From the human T2T-CHM13v2.0 reference genome, Homo sapiens, in NCBI RefSeq assembly GCF_009914755.1, contig NC_060933.1: DNA of 64,000 bases, one strand, 5' to 3'. Positions 41,651 to 56,950 of the stretch are shown here, piece by piece (positions within the stretch are counted from its first letter, which is position 1; each line of letters starts with the position of its first letter). The notes beneath the pieces were generated by a model that was given only the letters and a program-made list of their open reading frames with translations, made no database searches and was not told where the DNA came from. A program made the position numbers and the translations under genes.

Positions 41651-44600
41651 TTCCATTCCATTCCATTCCATTCCATTCCATTCCATTCCATTCCATTCCA
41701 TTCCATAGCAATCGAGTTGATTCCATTCCATTCCATTCCATTCCGGATGATTTCGTTCCATTGCCTTCCATTCCATTCCATTCCCCTGCACCCGGGTTGA
41801 TTCCATTCCATTCCATTCCATTCCATTCCTTTCCATTCCATTCCATTCCATTCCCTTCCATTCCTTTCCATTCTATTCGTGTTAATAACATTCCATTCCA
41901 TTCCATTCCGTTTCATTGCAATCGAGTTGATTCCATTCCATTGCATTCCATTGTATTCCATTCCATTCCATTCCATTGCATTCCATTCCATTCCATTCCA
42001 TTGCATTCCACTCGTTTTGATCCAATTGCTTTCCATTCCATTAGGGTTGACGCCATTCCATTCCATTACATTGCTTTCGATTCAATTCCATTGCACTCAG
42101 GTTGATCCCATTCCATTGCATTCCATTCCATTCCATTGCATTCCATTCCGTTCCATTCCATTCCATTACATTCGGATTGATTCTATTGAATTCCCTTACA
42201 CTCCATTCCATTCCATTCCATTCGGGTTGTTTCCATTCCATTCCATTCCATTCCATTGCACTAGGGTTGATTCCATTGTATTAAATTCCATTCCATTCCA
42301 TTTCGTTCCATTCCATTCTATTCCGTAACATTCCATTCCATTCCATACATTCCATTCCATGCCATTCCAGTCGGGTTGATTCCATGCCTTTCCATTCCAT
42401 TGGTGTTGAATCCATTCCATTCCTTTCCATTCCATTCCATTCTGTATGATTCCATTCCATTGCATTCCATTCCATTCCATACCCCTGCACTCGGGTGGAT
42501 TCCATTCTATTCCATTGCATTCCATTCCATTCCATTCCATTCCATTCCATTCCATTCCATTCCATTGCAATCGAGTTGATTGCATTCCATTCCATTCCAT
42601 TCCATTTCGTTCCATTCCATTCTATTCCGTACCATTCCATTCCATTCCATTCCATTCCATTCCATTCCATTCCATTCCTTGCCATTCCACTCGGGTTGAT
42701 TCCATTCCTTTCCATTCCATTCGAGTTGAATCCATTCCATTCCATTCCATTCCATTCGATTCCATTCCATTGCACACGGGTTCATTCCTTTCCATTCCAT
42801 TCCATTCCATTCCATTCCATTTCGTTCCATTCCATTCTATTCTGTACCATTCTATTCCAGTCCATTCCACTCCATTCCATGGCATTCCACTCGGGTTTAT
42901 TCCATTCCTTTTCATTCCATTCGGGTTGAATCCATTCCATTCCATTCCATTCCCTTCGATTCCATTACATTGCACTCGGTATAATTCCATTCCATTCCAC
43001 TCCATTCCATTCCATTTCATTCCATTCCATTCCATTGCAAACGGGTTCATTCCATGCCATTCCATTCCATTCCATTCCATTCCATTCCATTCCATTCCAT
43101 TTTGCTCCATTCCATTCTATTCCTTACCATTCCATTGCATTCCATTCCATTCCATTCCATTCCATTCCATGCCATTCCACTCGGGTTGATTCCATTCCTT
43201 TCCATTCCATTCGGGTTGAATCCATTCCATTCCATTCCATTCCTTTCCATTCCATTGCACACGGGTTGATTCCATTCCATTCCATTCCGTTCCATTCCGG
43301 AGACTCCATTCCATTGCATTCAATTCCATTCCATTCCCCTGCACTCAGGTTCATTCCATTCCATTCCATTCCATTCCATTTCATTCCATTCCATTCCATT
43401 CCATTCCATTCCATTCCATTCCTTTCCGTTCTATTCCATTCCATTACATTCGGATTGATTCTTTTTAATTCCCTTACACTCCATTACATTCCATTCCATT
43501 CGGGAAGTTTCCATTTCATTCCATTCCATTCCATTCCATTCTATTCCATACCATTCCATTCCATTCCACTCAATTCCACTCCATTCCATGCCATTGCACT
43601 CGGGTTGATTCCATTCCTTTCTATTCCATTCGGGTTGAAGCCATTCCATTCCATTACATTCCTTTCGATTCCATTCCATTGCACTCGGGTTGAACCCATT
43701 CCATTGCATTCCATTCCATTCCATTACATTCCATTCCGTTCCATTCCATTCTATTACATTCGGATTGATTCTATTCAATTCCCTTACACTCCATTACATT
43801 CTATTCCATTCGGGTTGTTTCCTTTCCATTCCATTCCATTCCATTCCACTCCATTCCATTGCAATCGGGTTGATTCCATTCCATTCCATTCCATTCCATT
43901 CCGTATGGTTCCATTCCATTACATTCCATTCCTTTCCATTCCCCTGCACTCGGGTTGTTTACATTCCATTCCATTCCATTTCCATTCCGTTCCATTCCAT
44001 TCCATTCCATTCTGTTCAGGTTAATTCCATTCCATTCCATTCCCTTCCATTTCATTCCATTCCATTGCATTCCATTCCATTCCATTCCCCTGCACTCAGC
44101 TTGATTCCATTCCATTCCATTCCATTCCATTCCATTCCATTCCGTTCCGTTCCATTCCACTCCATTCCATTCTATTCGCATTAATTCCATTCCATTCCAT
44201 TCCATTACTTTCCACTGCAATTGAGTTGATTCCATTGCATTCCATTCCATTCCATTCCATTTCGTTCCATTCCATTCTATTCCGTACCATTCCATTCCAT
44301 TCCATTCCGTTACAATCCATGCCATTCCACTCGTGTTGATTCCATTCCTTTCCATTCCTTTCGAGTTGAATGCATTCCATTCCATTCCATTCCATTCGAT
44401 TCCATTCCATTGCACACGGGTTCATTCCATTCCATTCCATTCCTTTCCATTCCATTCCATTCCCTTGCACTATGTTTTATTCCATTCCACTGCATTCCAT
44501 TCCATTCCATTCCATTCCATTCCATTCCATTCCAATCCATTCCATTCCACTCGGGTTGATTCCATTCCTTTCCATTCCATTCGGGTTGAAGCCATTCCAT

Positions 44601-47600
44601 TCCATTCCATTCCTTTCGATTCCATTCCATTGCACTCGGGTTGATCCCATTCCATTGCATTCCATTCCATTCCATTGCATTCCATTCCGTTCCATTCCAT
44701 TCCATTACATTCGGATTGATTCTATTCAATTCCCTTACACTCCGTTACATTCCATTCCATTCGGTTTGTTTCCATTCTATTCCATTCCATTCCACTCCAT
44801 TCCATTGCAATCGGGTTGATTCCATTCCATTCCATTCCATTCCATTCCATTCCGTATGATTCCATTCCATTGCATCCCTTCCATTCCATTTCCCAGCACT
44901 CGGGTGAATTCCGTTCTATTCCATTCTATTCCATTCCATTCCATTCCATTCCTTTCCATTGCATTCCATTCCATTGCATTCCATTCCATTCCATTCTATT
45001 CTATTCGGGTTAAATTCATTCCATTCCATTCCATTCCATTCCATTCCATTCCATTCCATTGAAATCGAGTTGATTCCATTCCATTCCATTCCATTCCTTT
45101 CCATTCCATTCCATTCTATTCGGGTTAATTCCATTCCATTCCATTCCATTCCATTCCCTTCCATTCCATTCCATTCCATTCCATTATATTAGGGTTAATT
45201 CCATTCCATTCCATTCCATTCCATTCCATTCCATTCCATTCCAGTGCAATCGAGTTGATTCCATTCCATTCCATTCCATTCCATTCCATTCAATTCCGGA
45301 TGATTCCATTCCATTGCCTTCCATTCCATTCCATTCCCCTGCACTCGGGTTGATTCCATTCCATTCCATTCCATTCCATTCCATTCCATTCCATTCCATT
45401 CCATTTCATTTCGTTCCATTCCATTCTATTCCATTCCAATCCATTCCATTCCATTCCATTTCATTTCGTTCCATTCCATTCTCTTCCGGACCATTCCATT
45501 CCATTCTATTCCATGCTATTCCACTCCGGTTGATTCCATTCCTTTCCATTCCATTCGACTTGAATCCATTCCATTCCATTCCATTCCATTCCATTCCTTT
45601 CCATTGCACACGGGTTCATTCCATTCCATTCCATTCCATTCCATTCCATTCCATTCCATTTCGTTCCATTCCATTCTCTTCCGTACCATTCCATTCCATT
45701 CCATTCCACTCCATTCCATGCCATTCTGCTCGGGTTTATTCCATTCCTTTCCATTCCATTCGGGTTGAATCCATTCCATTCCTTTCCATTCCATTCAATT
45801 CCATTACATTGCACTCGGGTTGATTCCATTCCATTCCATTCCATTTCATTCCATTCCATTCCATTCCATTCCATTCCATTTCGTTTCATTCCAATCTCTT
45901 CCGTACCATTCCATTCCATTCCATTCCATTCCACTCCATTCCATGCCCTTCCACTCGGGTTTATTCCATTCCTTTCCATTCCATTCGGGTTGAATCCTTT
46001 CCATTCCGTTCAATTCCATTCAATTCCATTACATTGCACTCGAGTTGATTCCATTCCATTCCATTCCATTCCATGCCATTCCACTCGGGTTGATTCCATT
46101 CCTTTCCATTCCATTCGAGTTGAACCCATTCCATTCCATTCCATTCCATTCCATTCCATTCCATTCCATTGCACACGGGTTCATTCCATTCCATTCCATT
46201 CCATTCCACTCCATTCCATTCCATTTCATTCCATTCCATTCTATTCCATACCATTCCTTTCAATTCCATTCCCTTCCATGCCATTTCACTGGGGTTTATT
46301 AAATTCTTTTCCATTCCATTCGGGTTGAATCCATTCCATTCCATTCCATTCCATTCCATTCCATTCCATTCCATTCCATTCCATTGCACTCGGGTTGATT
46401 CCATTCCATTCCATTCCATTCCATTCCATTCCATTCCATTCCATTCCATTGCACTCGGGTTGACTCCATTCCATTCCATGCCATTCCATTTCATTCCATT
46501 CCATTCCGTTCCATGCCATTCCATTCCATTCAATTCAATTCCGTTCCATTCCATTACATTACATTCGGATTGATTCTTTTTAATTCCCTTACACTCCATT
46601 ACATTCCATTCCATTCGGGTACTTTCCATTCCATTCCATTCCATTCCACTGCATTCTATTGCACTCGGGTTGATTGATTCCATTCCTTTGCATTCCATTC
46701 AATTCCATTCCATTCCGGATGATTCCATTCCATTGCATCCCATTCCATTCCATTCCCCTGCACTCGGGTTGATCCCATTCCATTGCATTCCATTCCATTC
46801 CATTCCATTCCATTGCATTCCATTCCGTTCCATTCCATTCCATTCCATTCCATTCTGTTCAGGTTAATTCCATTCCATTCCATTCCCTTCCATTCCATTC
46901 CATTCCATTCCATTCCATTGCAATCGAGTTGATTCCATTGCATTCCATTCCATTCCATTGCATTGCATTCCATTCCATTCCATTCCCCTGTACTCAGAAT
47001 GATTCCATTCCATTCCATTCCGTTCCATTCCATTCCATTCCATTTTATTCGCGTTAATTCCATTCCATTCCATTCCATTCCATTCAGTATGATTCCATTC
47101 CATTGCATTTCATTCCATTAAATTCCCCAGCACTCGGGGGGATTCCATTCTATTCCATTCCATTCCATTCCATTCCATTCCGTTCCATTCCATTCCATTA
47201 TATTCGGATTGAATCTATTCAATTCCCTTACACTCCATTACCTTCCATTCCATTCGGGTTGTTTCCATTCCATTCTATTCCATTCCACTCCATTCCATTG
47301 CAATCGGGTTGATTCCATTCCATTCCATTCCATTCCATTCCGTATGATTCCATTCCATTGCATTCCATTCCAGTCCATTCCACTGCACTCGGGTGGATTC
47401 CATTCTATTCCATTACATTCCATTCCATTCCATTCCATTCCATTCCATTCTATTCCGGTTAATTTCATTCCATTCCATTTTGTTCCATTCCATTCTATTC
47501 CGTACCATTCCATTCCATTCCATTCCATTCCATTCCATTCCATTCCATTCCATGCCATTCCACTCGGGTTAATTCCATTCCATTCCATTAAATTCGTGTT

Positions 47601-47740
47601 GAATCCATTCCATTCGATTCCATTTCATTCGATTCCATTCCATTGCACTGGGGTCCATTCCATTCCATTCCATTCCATTCCATTCCATTCCATTGTACTA
47701 GGTTTGATTCCATTCCACTGCATTCCATTCCATTCCATTC
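41650..47740 (+). repeat. Higher-order block A, copy 2
   Basis: Colinear with 9460-16191 but lacks the 175, 95 and 505 bp duplications of copy 1, and carries an extra segment near 43850-43940. Confidence 0.88.
43498..43512. promoter_or_regulatory. Perfect three-unit heat-shock element consensus, orthologous to 11460-11474
   Basis: Sequence aTTCggGAAgtTTCc in A2. Confidence 0.4.
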
Positions 47741-50700
47741 CATTCCATTCCATTCCATTCCATTCCATTACATTCGGATTGGTTGTATTCAATTCCCTTA
47801 CACTCTATTTCATTCCATTCCATTCGGGTTGTTTCCATTCCATTCCATTCCATTCCACTCCATTCCATTGCACTCGGGTTCATTCCATTCCATTCCATTC
47901 CATTGCATTCCATTTCGTTCCATTCCATTCTATTCCGTACCATTCCATTCCATTCCATTCCATGCCATTCCACTCGGGTTGATTCCATTCCTTTCCATTC
48001 CATTTGGGTTGAATCCAATCCATTCCATTCCATTCCATTCCATTCCATTCCATTCCATTCTATTCCATTGCACATGGGTTGATTCCATTGTATTCCATTC
48101 CGTTCCATTCCGGATGACTTCATTCCATTGCCTTCCATTCCATTCCATTCCCCTGCACTCGGGTTGATTCCATTCCATTCCATGCCATTCCATTCCATTC
48201 CATTCCATTCCATTCCATTCCATTGAAGTCCTTTCCATTCCATTCCACTCGTGTTGATTCCATTTTATTAGTTTCCATTCCATTCCATTCCCTTCCATTC
48301 CACTCTGGTTGATTCCATTCCTTTCCATTCCACTCGAATTCATTCCCTTCTATTCCATTCGGAATGATTCCATTGCATTCCGTTCCATTCCATTCCATTC
48401 CATTCCATTTCGTTCCATTGCATTCTATTCCGTACCCTTCCATTCCATTCCATTCCATGCCATTCCACTCCGGTTGATTCCATTGTTTTCCATTCCATTT
48501 GGGTTGAATCCATTCCATTCCATTCCATTCCATTCCATTCCATTGCACTAGGTTTGATTTCATTCCACTGCATTCCATTCCATTCCATTCCATTCCATTC
48601 CGTTCCATTCAATTCCATTACATTCGGATTGATTGTATTCAATTCCCTTACACTCCATTACATTCCATTCCATTCGGGTTATTTCCATTCCATTCCATTC
48701 CATTCCATTCCATTCCATTCCATTGCACTCGGGTTGATTCCATTCCATTCAATTCCATTCCATTCCATTTCGTTCCATTCCAGTCTATTCCGTACCATTC
48801 CATTCCATTCCATTCCAGTCCATTGCATTCCTTTCCGTATGATTCCATTGCATTGCATTCCATTCCATTCCATTCCCTTGCACTCGGGTGGATTCCATTC
48901 TATTCCATTCCATTCCATTCCATTCCATTCCATTCCATTCCATTCCATTCTATTCGGGTTAATTTGATTCCATTCCATTCCATTGCATTCCATTCCATTC
49001 CATTCCACTGCACTCGGGTTGATTCCATTCCATTCCATTCCATTCCATTCCATTCCATTTCATTTCGTTCCATTCCATTCTATTCCATTCCAATCCATTC
49101 CATTGCTTTCCATTTCATTTCGTTCCATTCCATTCTCTTCCGGACCATTCCATTCCATTCCATTCCATGCCATTCCACTCCGGTTGATTCCATTCCTTTC
49201 CATTCCATTCGACTTGAATCCATTCCATTCCATTCCATTCCATTCCTTTCCATTGCACACGTGTTCATTCCATTCCATTCCATTCCATTCCATTCCATTT
49301 CGTTCCATTCCGTTCTCTTCCGTACCATTCCATTCCATTCCATTCCATTCCATTCCACTCAATTCCATGGCATTCCGCTCGGGTTTATTCCATTCCTTTC
49401 CATTCCATTCGGGTTGAGTCCATTCCATTCCATTCCATTCCATTCAATTCCATTACATTGCACTCGGGTTGATTCCATTCCATTCCATTCCATTCCATTC
49501 CATTCCATTCCATTCCATTTCGTTTCATTCCATTCTCTTCCGTACCATTCCATTCCATTCCATTCCACTCCATTCCATGCCATTCCACTCGGGTTTATTC
49601 CATTCCTTTCCATTCCATTCGGGTTGAATCCTTTCCATTCCGTTCAATTCCATTCAATTCCATTACATTGCACTCGAGTTGATTCCATTCCATTCCATTC
49701 CATTTCATTACATTGCATTCCATTCCATTCCATTCCATGCTATTGCACTCGGGTTGATTCCATTCCTTTCCATTCCATTCGAGTTGAACCCATTCCATTC
49801 CATTCCATTCCATTCCATTGCACACGGGTTCATTCCATCCCATTCCATTCCATTCCATTCCATTCCATTTCGTTCCATTCCATTCTATTCCGTACCATTC
49901 CTTTCCATTCCATTCCCTTCCATGCCATTTCACTCGGGTTTATTCCATTCCTTTCCATTCCATTCGGGTTGAATCCATTCCATTCCATTCCATTCCATTC
50001 CATTCCATTCCATTCCATTCCATTCCATTGCACTCGGGTTGATTCCATTCCATTTCATGCCATTCCATTTCATTCCATTCCATTCCGTTCCATTCCATTC
50101 CATTCAATTCAATTCAATTCCGTTCCATTCCATTCCATTACATTCGGATTGATTCTTTTTAATTGCCTTACAGTCCATTACATTACATTCCTTTTGGTTA
50201 CTTTCGATTCCATTCCATTCCATTCCACTGCATTATATTGCACTCGGGTTGATTGATTCCATTCCTTTGCATTCCATTCAATTCCATTCCATTCCGGATG
50301 ATTCCATTCCATTCCATTCCATTCCATTCCATTCCCCTGCACGCGGGTTGATCCCATTCCATTGCATTCCATTCCATTCCATTCCATTCCATTGCATTCC
50401 ATTTGGTTCCATTCCATTCCATTCCATTCCATTCTGTTCAGGTTAATTCCATTCCATTCCATTCCCTTCCATTCCATTCCATTCCATTCCATTCCATTGC
50501 AATCGAGTTGATTCCATTGCATTCCATTCCATTCCATTGCATTGCATTCCATTCCATTCCATTCCCCTGTACTCAGAATGATTCCATTCCATTCCATTCC
50601 ATTCCATTCCGTTCCATTCCATTCCATTCCATTCCATTCCATTCCGTATGATTCCATTCCATTGCATTCCATTCCATTCAATTCCCCTGCACTCGGGTGG

Positions 50701-53700
50701 ATTCCATTCTATTCCATTCCATTCCATTCCATTCCATTCTATTCCATTCCATTCCGTTCCATTCCATTCCATTACATTCGGATTGAATCTATTCAATTCC
50801 CTTACCCTCCATTACCTTCCATTCCATTCGGGTTGTTTCCATTCCATTCCATTCCATTCCACTCCATTCCATTGCAATCGGGTTGATTCCATTCCATTCC
50901 ATTCCATTCCATTCCGTATGATTCCATTCCATTGCATTCCATTCCAGTCCGTTCCACTGAACTCGGGTGGATTCCATTCTATTCCATTCCATTCCATTCC
51001 ATTCCATTCCATTCCATTCCATTCCATTCCATTGAAGTCCTTTCCATTCCATTCCACTCGTGTTGATTCCATTTTATTAGTTTCCATTCCATTCCATTCC
51101 CTTCCATTCCACTCTGGTTGATTCCATTCCTTTCCATTCCACTCGAATTCATTCCCTTTTATTCCTTTCGGAATGATTCCATTGCATTCCGTTCCATTCC
51201 ATTCCATTCCATTCCATTTCGTTCCATTGCATTCTATTCCGTACCATTCCATTCCATTCCATTCCATGCCATTCCACTCCGGTTGATTCCATTGTTTTCC
51301 ATTCCATTTGGGGTGAATCCATTCCATTCCATTCCATTCCATTCCATTCCATTCCATTGCACTAGGTTTGATTTCATTCCACTGCATTCCATTCCATTCC
51401 ATTCCATTCCATTCCATTCCGTTCCATTCAATTCCATTACATTCGGATTGATTGTATTCAATTCCCTTACACTCCATTACATTCCATTCCATTCGGGTTA
51501 TTTCCATTCCATTCCATTCCATTCCATTCCATTGCACTCGGGTTGATTCCATTCCATTCAATTCCATTCCATTCCATTTCGTTCCATTCCAGTCTATTCC
51601 GTACCATTCCATTCCATTCCATTCCAGTCCATTCCATTCCTTTCCGTATGATTCCATTCCATTGCATTCCATTCCATTCCCTTGCACTCGGGTGGATTCC
51701 ATTCTATTCCATTCCATTCCATTCCATTCCATTCCATTCCATTCCATTCCATTCCATTCTATTCGGGTTAATTTGATTCCATTCCATTCCATTCCGTTCC
51801 ATTCCATTCCATTCCATTCAGATTGATTCTATTCAATTCCCTTACACTCCATTACATTACATTCCATTCGTGTTGTTTCCATTCCATTCCATTGCAATCC
51901 ATTCCATTACATTCCATTCTATTCGGGTTAATTCCATTCCATTCCATTCCCTTCCATTCCATTCCATTGCATTCCATTCCATTCTATTCGGGTTAATTCC
52001 ATTCCATTCCATTCCATTGCATTCCATTCCATTCCATTCCGTATGATTCCATTCCATTGCATTCCATTCCATTCCATTCCCCTGCACTCTTGTGGATTCC
52101 ATTCTATTCCATTCCATTCCATTCCCTTACATTCCATTCCATTCCATTCCATTCCATTCCATTCCATTCCATTCCATTCCATTCTATTCGGGTTAATTTG
52201 ATTCCATTCCATTCCAATCCATTCCGTTCCATTCCATTCCTTTCCATTCGGATTGATTCTATTCAATTCCCTTACACTCAATTACATTCCATTCCATTCG
52301 TGTTGTTTCCATTCCATTCCATTCCATTCCATTCCATTCCATTCCATTCCATTACATTACATTCTATTCGGGTTAATTCCATTCAATTCCATTCCCTTCC
52401 ATTCCATTCCATTGCATTCCATTCCATTCCATTCCATTCCATTATATTCGGGTTAATTCCATTCCATTCCATTCCATTCCATTCCATTCCATTCCATTCC
52501 ATTCCATTCCATTCCATTTCAATCGTGTTGATTCGATTGCATTCCATTCCATTCCATTCCATTCCATTCCATTCCATTCCAGATGATTCCATTCCATTGC
52601 CTTCCATTCCATTCCATTCCCCTGCACTCGGGTGAATTCCATTCTATTCCATTCCATTCCATTCCATTCCATTCCTTTCCATTGAAATCGAGTTGATTCC
52701 ATTCCATTTCATTCCATTCCATACCATTCCATTCCATTCCGTTCCATTCCGGATGATTCCATTCCAGTGCATACCATTCCATTAAATTCCCCTGCACTCG
52801 GCTTTATTCCATTCCATTCCATTCCATTCTATTCCGTACCATTCCATTCCATTCCATTCCATGGCATTCCACTCGGTTTGATTCCATTCCCTTCCATTCC
52901 ATTCGAGTTGAATCCATTCCATTCCATTCCATTCCATTCCATTCCATTGCACACGGGTTCATTCCATTCCATTCCATTCCATTCCATTCCATTCCATTCC
53001 ATTCCATTCCATTCCGTTCCATTCCATTTCGTTCCCTTCCATTCTATTCCATACCATTCCATTCCATTCCATTCCATTCCATTCCATTCCATTCCGTTCC
53101 ATTCCATTTCGTTCCCTTCCATTCTATTCCATACCATTCCATTCCATTCCATTCCACTCCATTCCATGCCAATCCACTCGGGTTTATTCCATTCTATTCC
53201 ATTCCATTCGGGTTGAATCCATTCCATTCCATTCCATTCCATTCAATTCCATTACATTGCCCTCGGGTTGATTCCATTACATTCCATTCCATTCCATTTC
53301 ATTCCATTCCATTCCATTCCATTCCATTCCATTCCTTTCCATTCCATTCCATTCCATGCCATTCCACTCGGGTTGATTCCATTCCTTTGCATTCCATTCG
53401 ACTTGAACCCATTCCATTCCATTCCATTCCATTCCAATCCATTGCACACGGGTCCATTCCATTCCATTCCATTCCATTCCATTGCATTCCATTCCATTTC
53501 TTTCCATTCCATTCTATTCCGTACCATTCCATTCCATTCCATTCCATTCCATTCCATGCCATTCCACTCGGGTTTATTCAATTCCTTTCCATTCTATTTG
53601 GGTTGAATCCATTCCTTTCCATTCCATTCCATTCAATTCCATTCCATTGCACTCGGGTTGATTCCATTCCATTCCATGGCATTCCATTTCATTCCATTCC

Positions 53701-56700
53701 ATTCCATTCCATTCCATTCCATTCCATTCCATTCCTTTCCATTCCTTTCCATTCCATTGCAATAGAGTTGATTCCATTACATTCCATTCCATTCCATTCC
53801 AGTCCTTTCCATTCCATTCCACTCGGGTTGATTCCATTCTATTCCTTTCCATTCCATTCGATTCCATTCCATTCCACTCTGGTTGATTTCATTCCTTTTC
53901 ATTGCACTCGAATACATTCCCTTCTATTCCACTCGGAATGATTCCATTCCATTCCATTAAATTCCATTCCATTCCATTCCATTCCATTCCGTTTTGTTCC
54001 ATTACATTCTATTCTGTACCATTCCACTCCATTCCATTCCATTCCATTCCATGCCATTCCTCTCGCGTTGATTGCATTCCATTCCATTGCACACGGGTTG
54101 ATTCCATTCTATTCCATTCCGTTCCATTCCGGATGACTCCATTCCATTGCATTCCATTCCATTCCATTCCTCTGCACTCGGTTTCATTACATTCCATTCC
54201 ATTCACTTCCATTCCATTCCATTCCATTTCAATCGAGTTGATTGCATTCACTTCCACTCCAGTCCATTCCATTCCGGATGATTCCATTCCATTGCCTTCC
54301 ATTCCATTCCATTCCCCTGCACTCGGGTTGATTCCATTCCATTCCATTCCATTCCATTCCATTCCATTCCATTGCATTCCATTCCATTCCGTTCCATTCC
54401 ATTCTATTCCATACCATTCCATTCCATTCCATTCCACTCCATTCCATGCCATTCCACTCGGGTTGATTCCATTCCTTTCCATTCCATTCGAGTTGAATCC
54501 ATTCCATTCCATTCCATTCCATTCCATTCCATTCCATTCCATTCCATTCCATTGCACACGGGTTCATTCCATTCCATTCCATTCCATTCCATTCCATTTC
54601 GTTCCATTCCATTCTATTCTATACCATTCCATTCCATTCCATTCCATTCCATTGCATTCCATTCCATTTCGTTCCATTCCATTCTATTCCGTACCATTCC
54701 ATTCCATTCCATTCCACTCAATTCCATGCCATTCCACTCTGGTTGATTCCATTCCTTTCGATTCCCTTCGAGTTGAACCCATTCCATTCCATTCCATTCC
54801 ATTCCATTCCATTCCATTCCAATTCATTGCACACGGGTTCATTCCATTCCATTCCATTCCATTCAATTCCATTTCGTTCTATTCCATTCTATCCCGTACC
54901 ATTACATTCCATTCCATTGCATTCCATTCCATTCCATTCCACTGCACTCGGGTGGATTCCATTCTATTCCATTCCATTCAATTCCATTCCATTCAATTCC
55001 ATTCCATTCCATTCCATTCCATTCCATTCCATTCCATTCCATTCCATTCTATTCGGGTTAATTTCATTCCATTCCATTTTGTTCCATTCCATTCTATTAC
55101 TTACCATTCCATTCCATTCCATTCCATTCCATTCCATTCTATGCCATTCCACTCGGGTTAATTCCATTCCTTTCCATTAAATTCGTGTTGAATCCATTCC
55201 ATTCGATTCCACTTCATTCGATTCCATTCCATTGCACTCGGGTCCATTCCATTCCATTCCATTCCATTCCATTCCATTCCATTGTACTAGGTTTGATTCC
55301 ATTCCACTGCATTCCATTACATTCTATTCCATTCCATTCCGTTCCATTCCATTCCATTACATTCGGATTGGTTGTATTCAATTCCCTTACACTCCATTAC
55401 ATTCCATTCCATTCGGGTTGTTTCCATTCCATTCCATTCCATTCCACTCCATTCCATTGCACTCGGGTTCATTCCATTCCATTCCATTCCATTGCATTCC
55501 ATTCCGTTCCATTCCATTCTATTCCGTACCATTCCATTCCATTCCATTCCATGCCATTCCACTCGGGTTGATTCCATTCCTTTCCATTCCATTCGGGTTG
55601 AATCCAATCCATTCCATTCCATTCCATTCCGTTCCATTGGAATCGGGTTGATTCCATTCCATACCATTCCATTCGGGTGGAATCCATTCCATTCCATTCC
55701 ATTCCATTCCATTCCATTCCATTCTATTCCATTGCACACGGGTTGATTCCATTCCATTCCATTCCGTTCCATTCCGGATGACTCCATTCCATTGCCTTCC
55801 ATTTCATTCCATTCCCCTGCAGTCGGGTTGATTCCATTCCATTCCATGTCATTCCATTCCATTCCATTCCATTCCATTGAAGTCCTTTCCATTCCATTCC
55901 ATTCCATTCCATTCCATGCCATTCCACTCGGGTTTATTGAATTCCTTTCCATTCCATTCGGGTTGAATCCATTCCTTTCCATTCCATTCCGTTCAATTCC
56001 ATTCCATTGCACTCGTGTTGACTCCATTCCATTCCATGCCATTCCATTTCATTGCGTTCCATTCCATTCCATTACATTCGGATTGATTCTTTTCAATTCC
56101 CTTACACTCCATTACATTCCATTCCATTTGGGTAGTTTCCATTCCATTCCATTCCATTACACTCCATTGCATTGCACTCGGGATGATTGAATCCATTCCA
56201 TTGCATTCCATTCCATTCCATTCCATTCCATTCCGGATGATTCCATTCCATTGCATTCCATTCCATTCCATTCCCCTGCACTCGGGTTGATTCCATTCCA
56301 TTCCATTCCTTTCCATTCCGTTCCATTCCATTCCATTCCATTCCATTCCATGCTGTTCAGGTTAATTGCATTCCATTCCATTCCCTTCCATTCCATTCCA
56401 TTGCAATCGAGTTGATTCCATTGCATTCCATTCCATTCCTTTCCATTGCATTCCATTGCATTCCATTCCCCTGCACTCAGGTTGATTCCATTCCATTCCA
56501 TTCCATTCCATTCCATTCCCGTTAATTCCATTCCATTCCATTCCATTACATTCCATTGCAATCGAGTTGATTCCATTCCATTCCATTCCATTCCATTCCA
56601 TTCAAGTCCTTTCCATTCCATTCCACTCGTGTTGATTCCATTTTATTAGTTTCCATTCCATTCCATTCCCTTCCATTCCACTCTGGTGGATTCCATTCCT

Positions 56701-56950
56701 TTCCATTCCACTCGAATTCATTCCCTTCTATTCAACTCGGAATGAATCCGTTCCATTCCGTTCCATTTCATTCCATTCCATTCCATTTCGTTTCTTTGCC
56801 TTCTATTCCGTACCATTCCATTCCATTCCATTCCATGCCATTCCACTCGGGTTGATTCCATTGCTTTCCATTCCATTTGGGTTGAATCCATTCCATTCCA
56901 TTCCATTCCATTCCATTCCATTCCATTCCATTCCATTCCGGATGATTCCA
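47740..56950 (+). repeat. Higher-order block B, copy 3 (more diverged than copies 1/2)
   Basis: Colinear with B1/B2 (ORF starts 44/47783, 580/48309, 6464/53902, 7732/55185). It differs by several 60-280 bp indels and more substitutions. Confidence 0.88.

Noticed and set aside
48823-50256. Longest ORF (477 aa), and the 400+ aa ORFs at 6464, 10943, 53902 and 60249
   Set aside because: Length reflects chance absence of stops. Paralogous copies have different frames and lengths because pentamer indels shift the frame.
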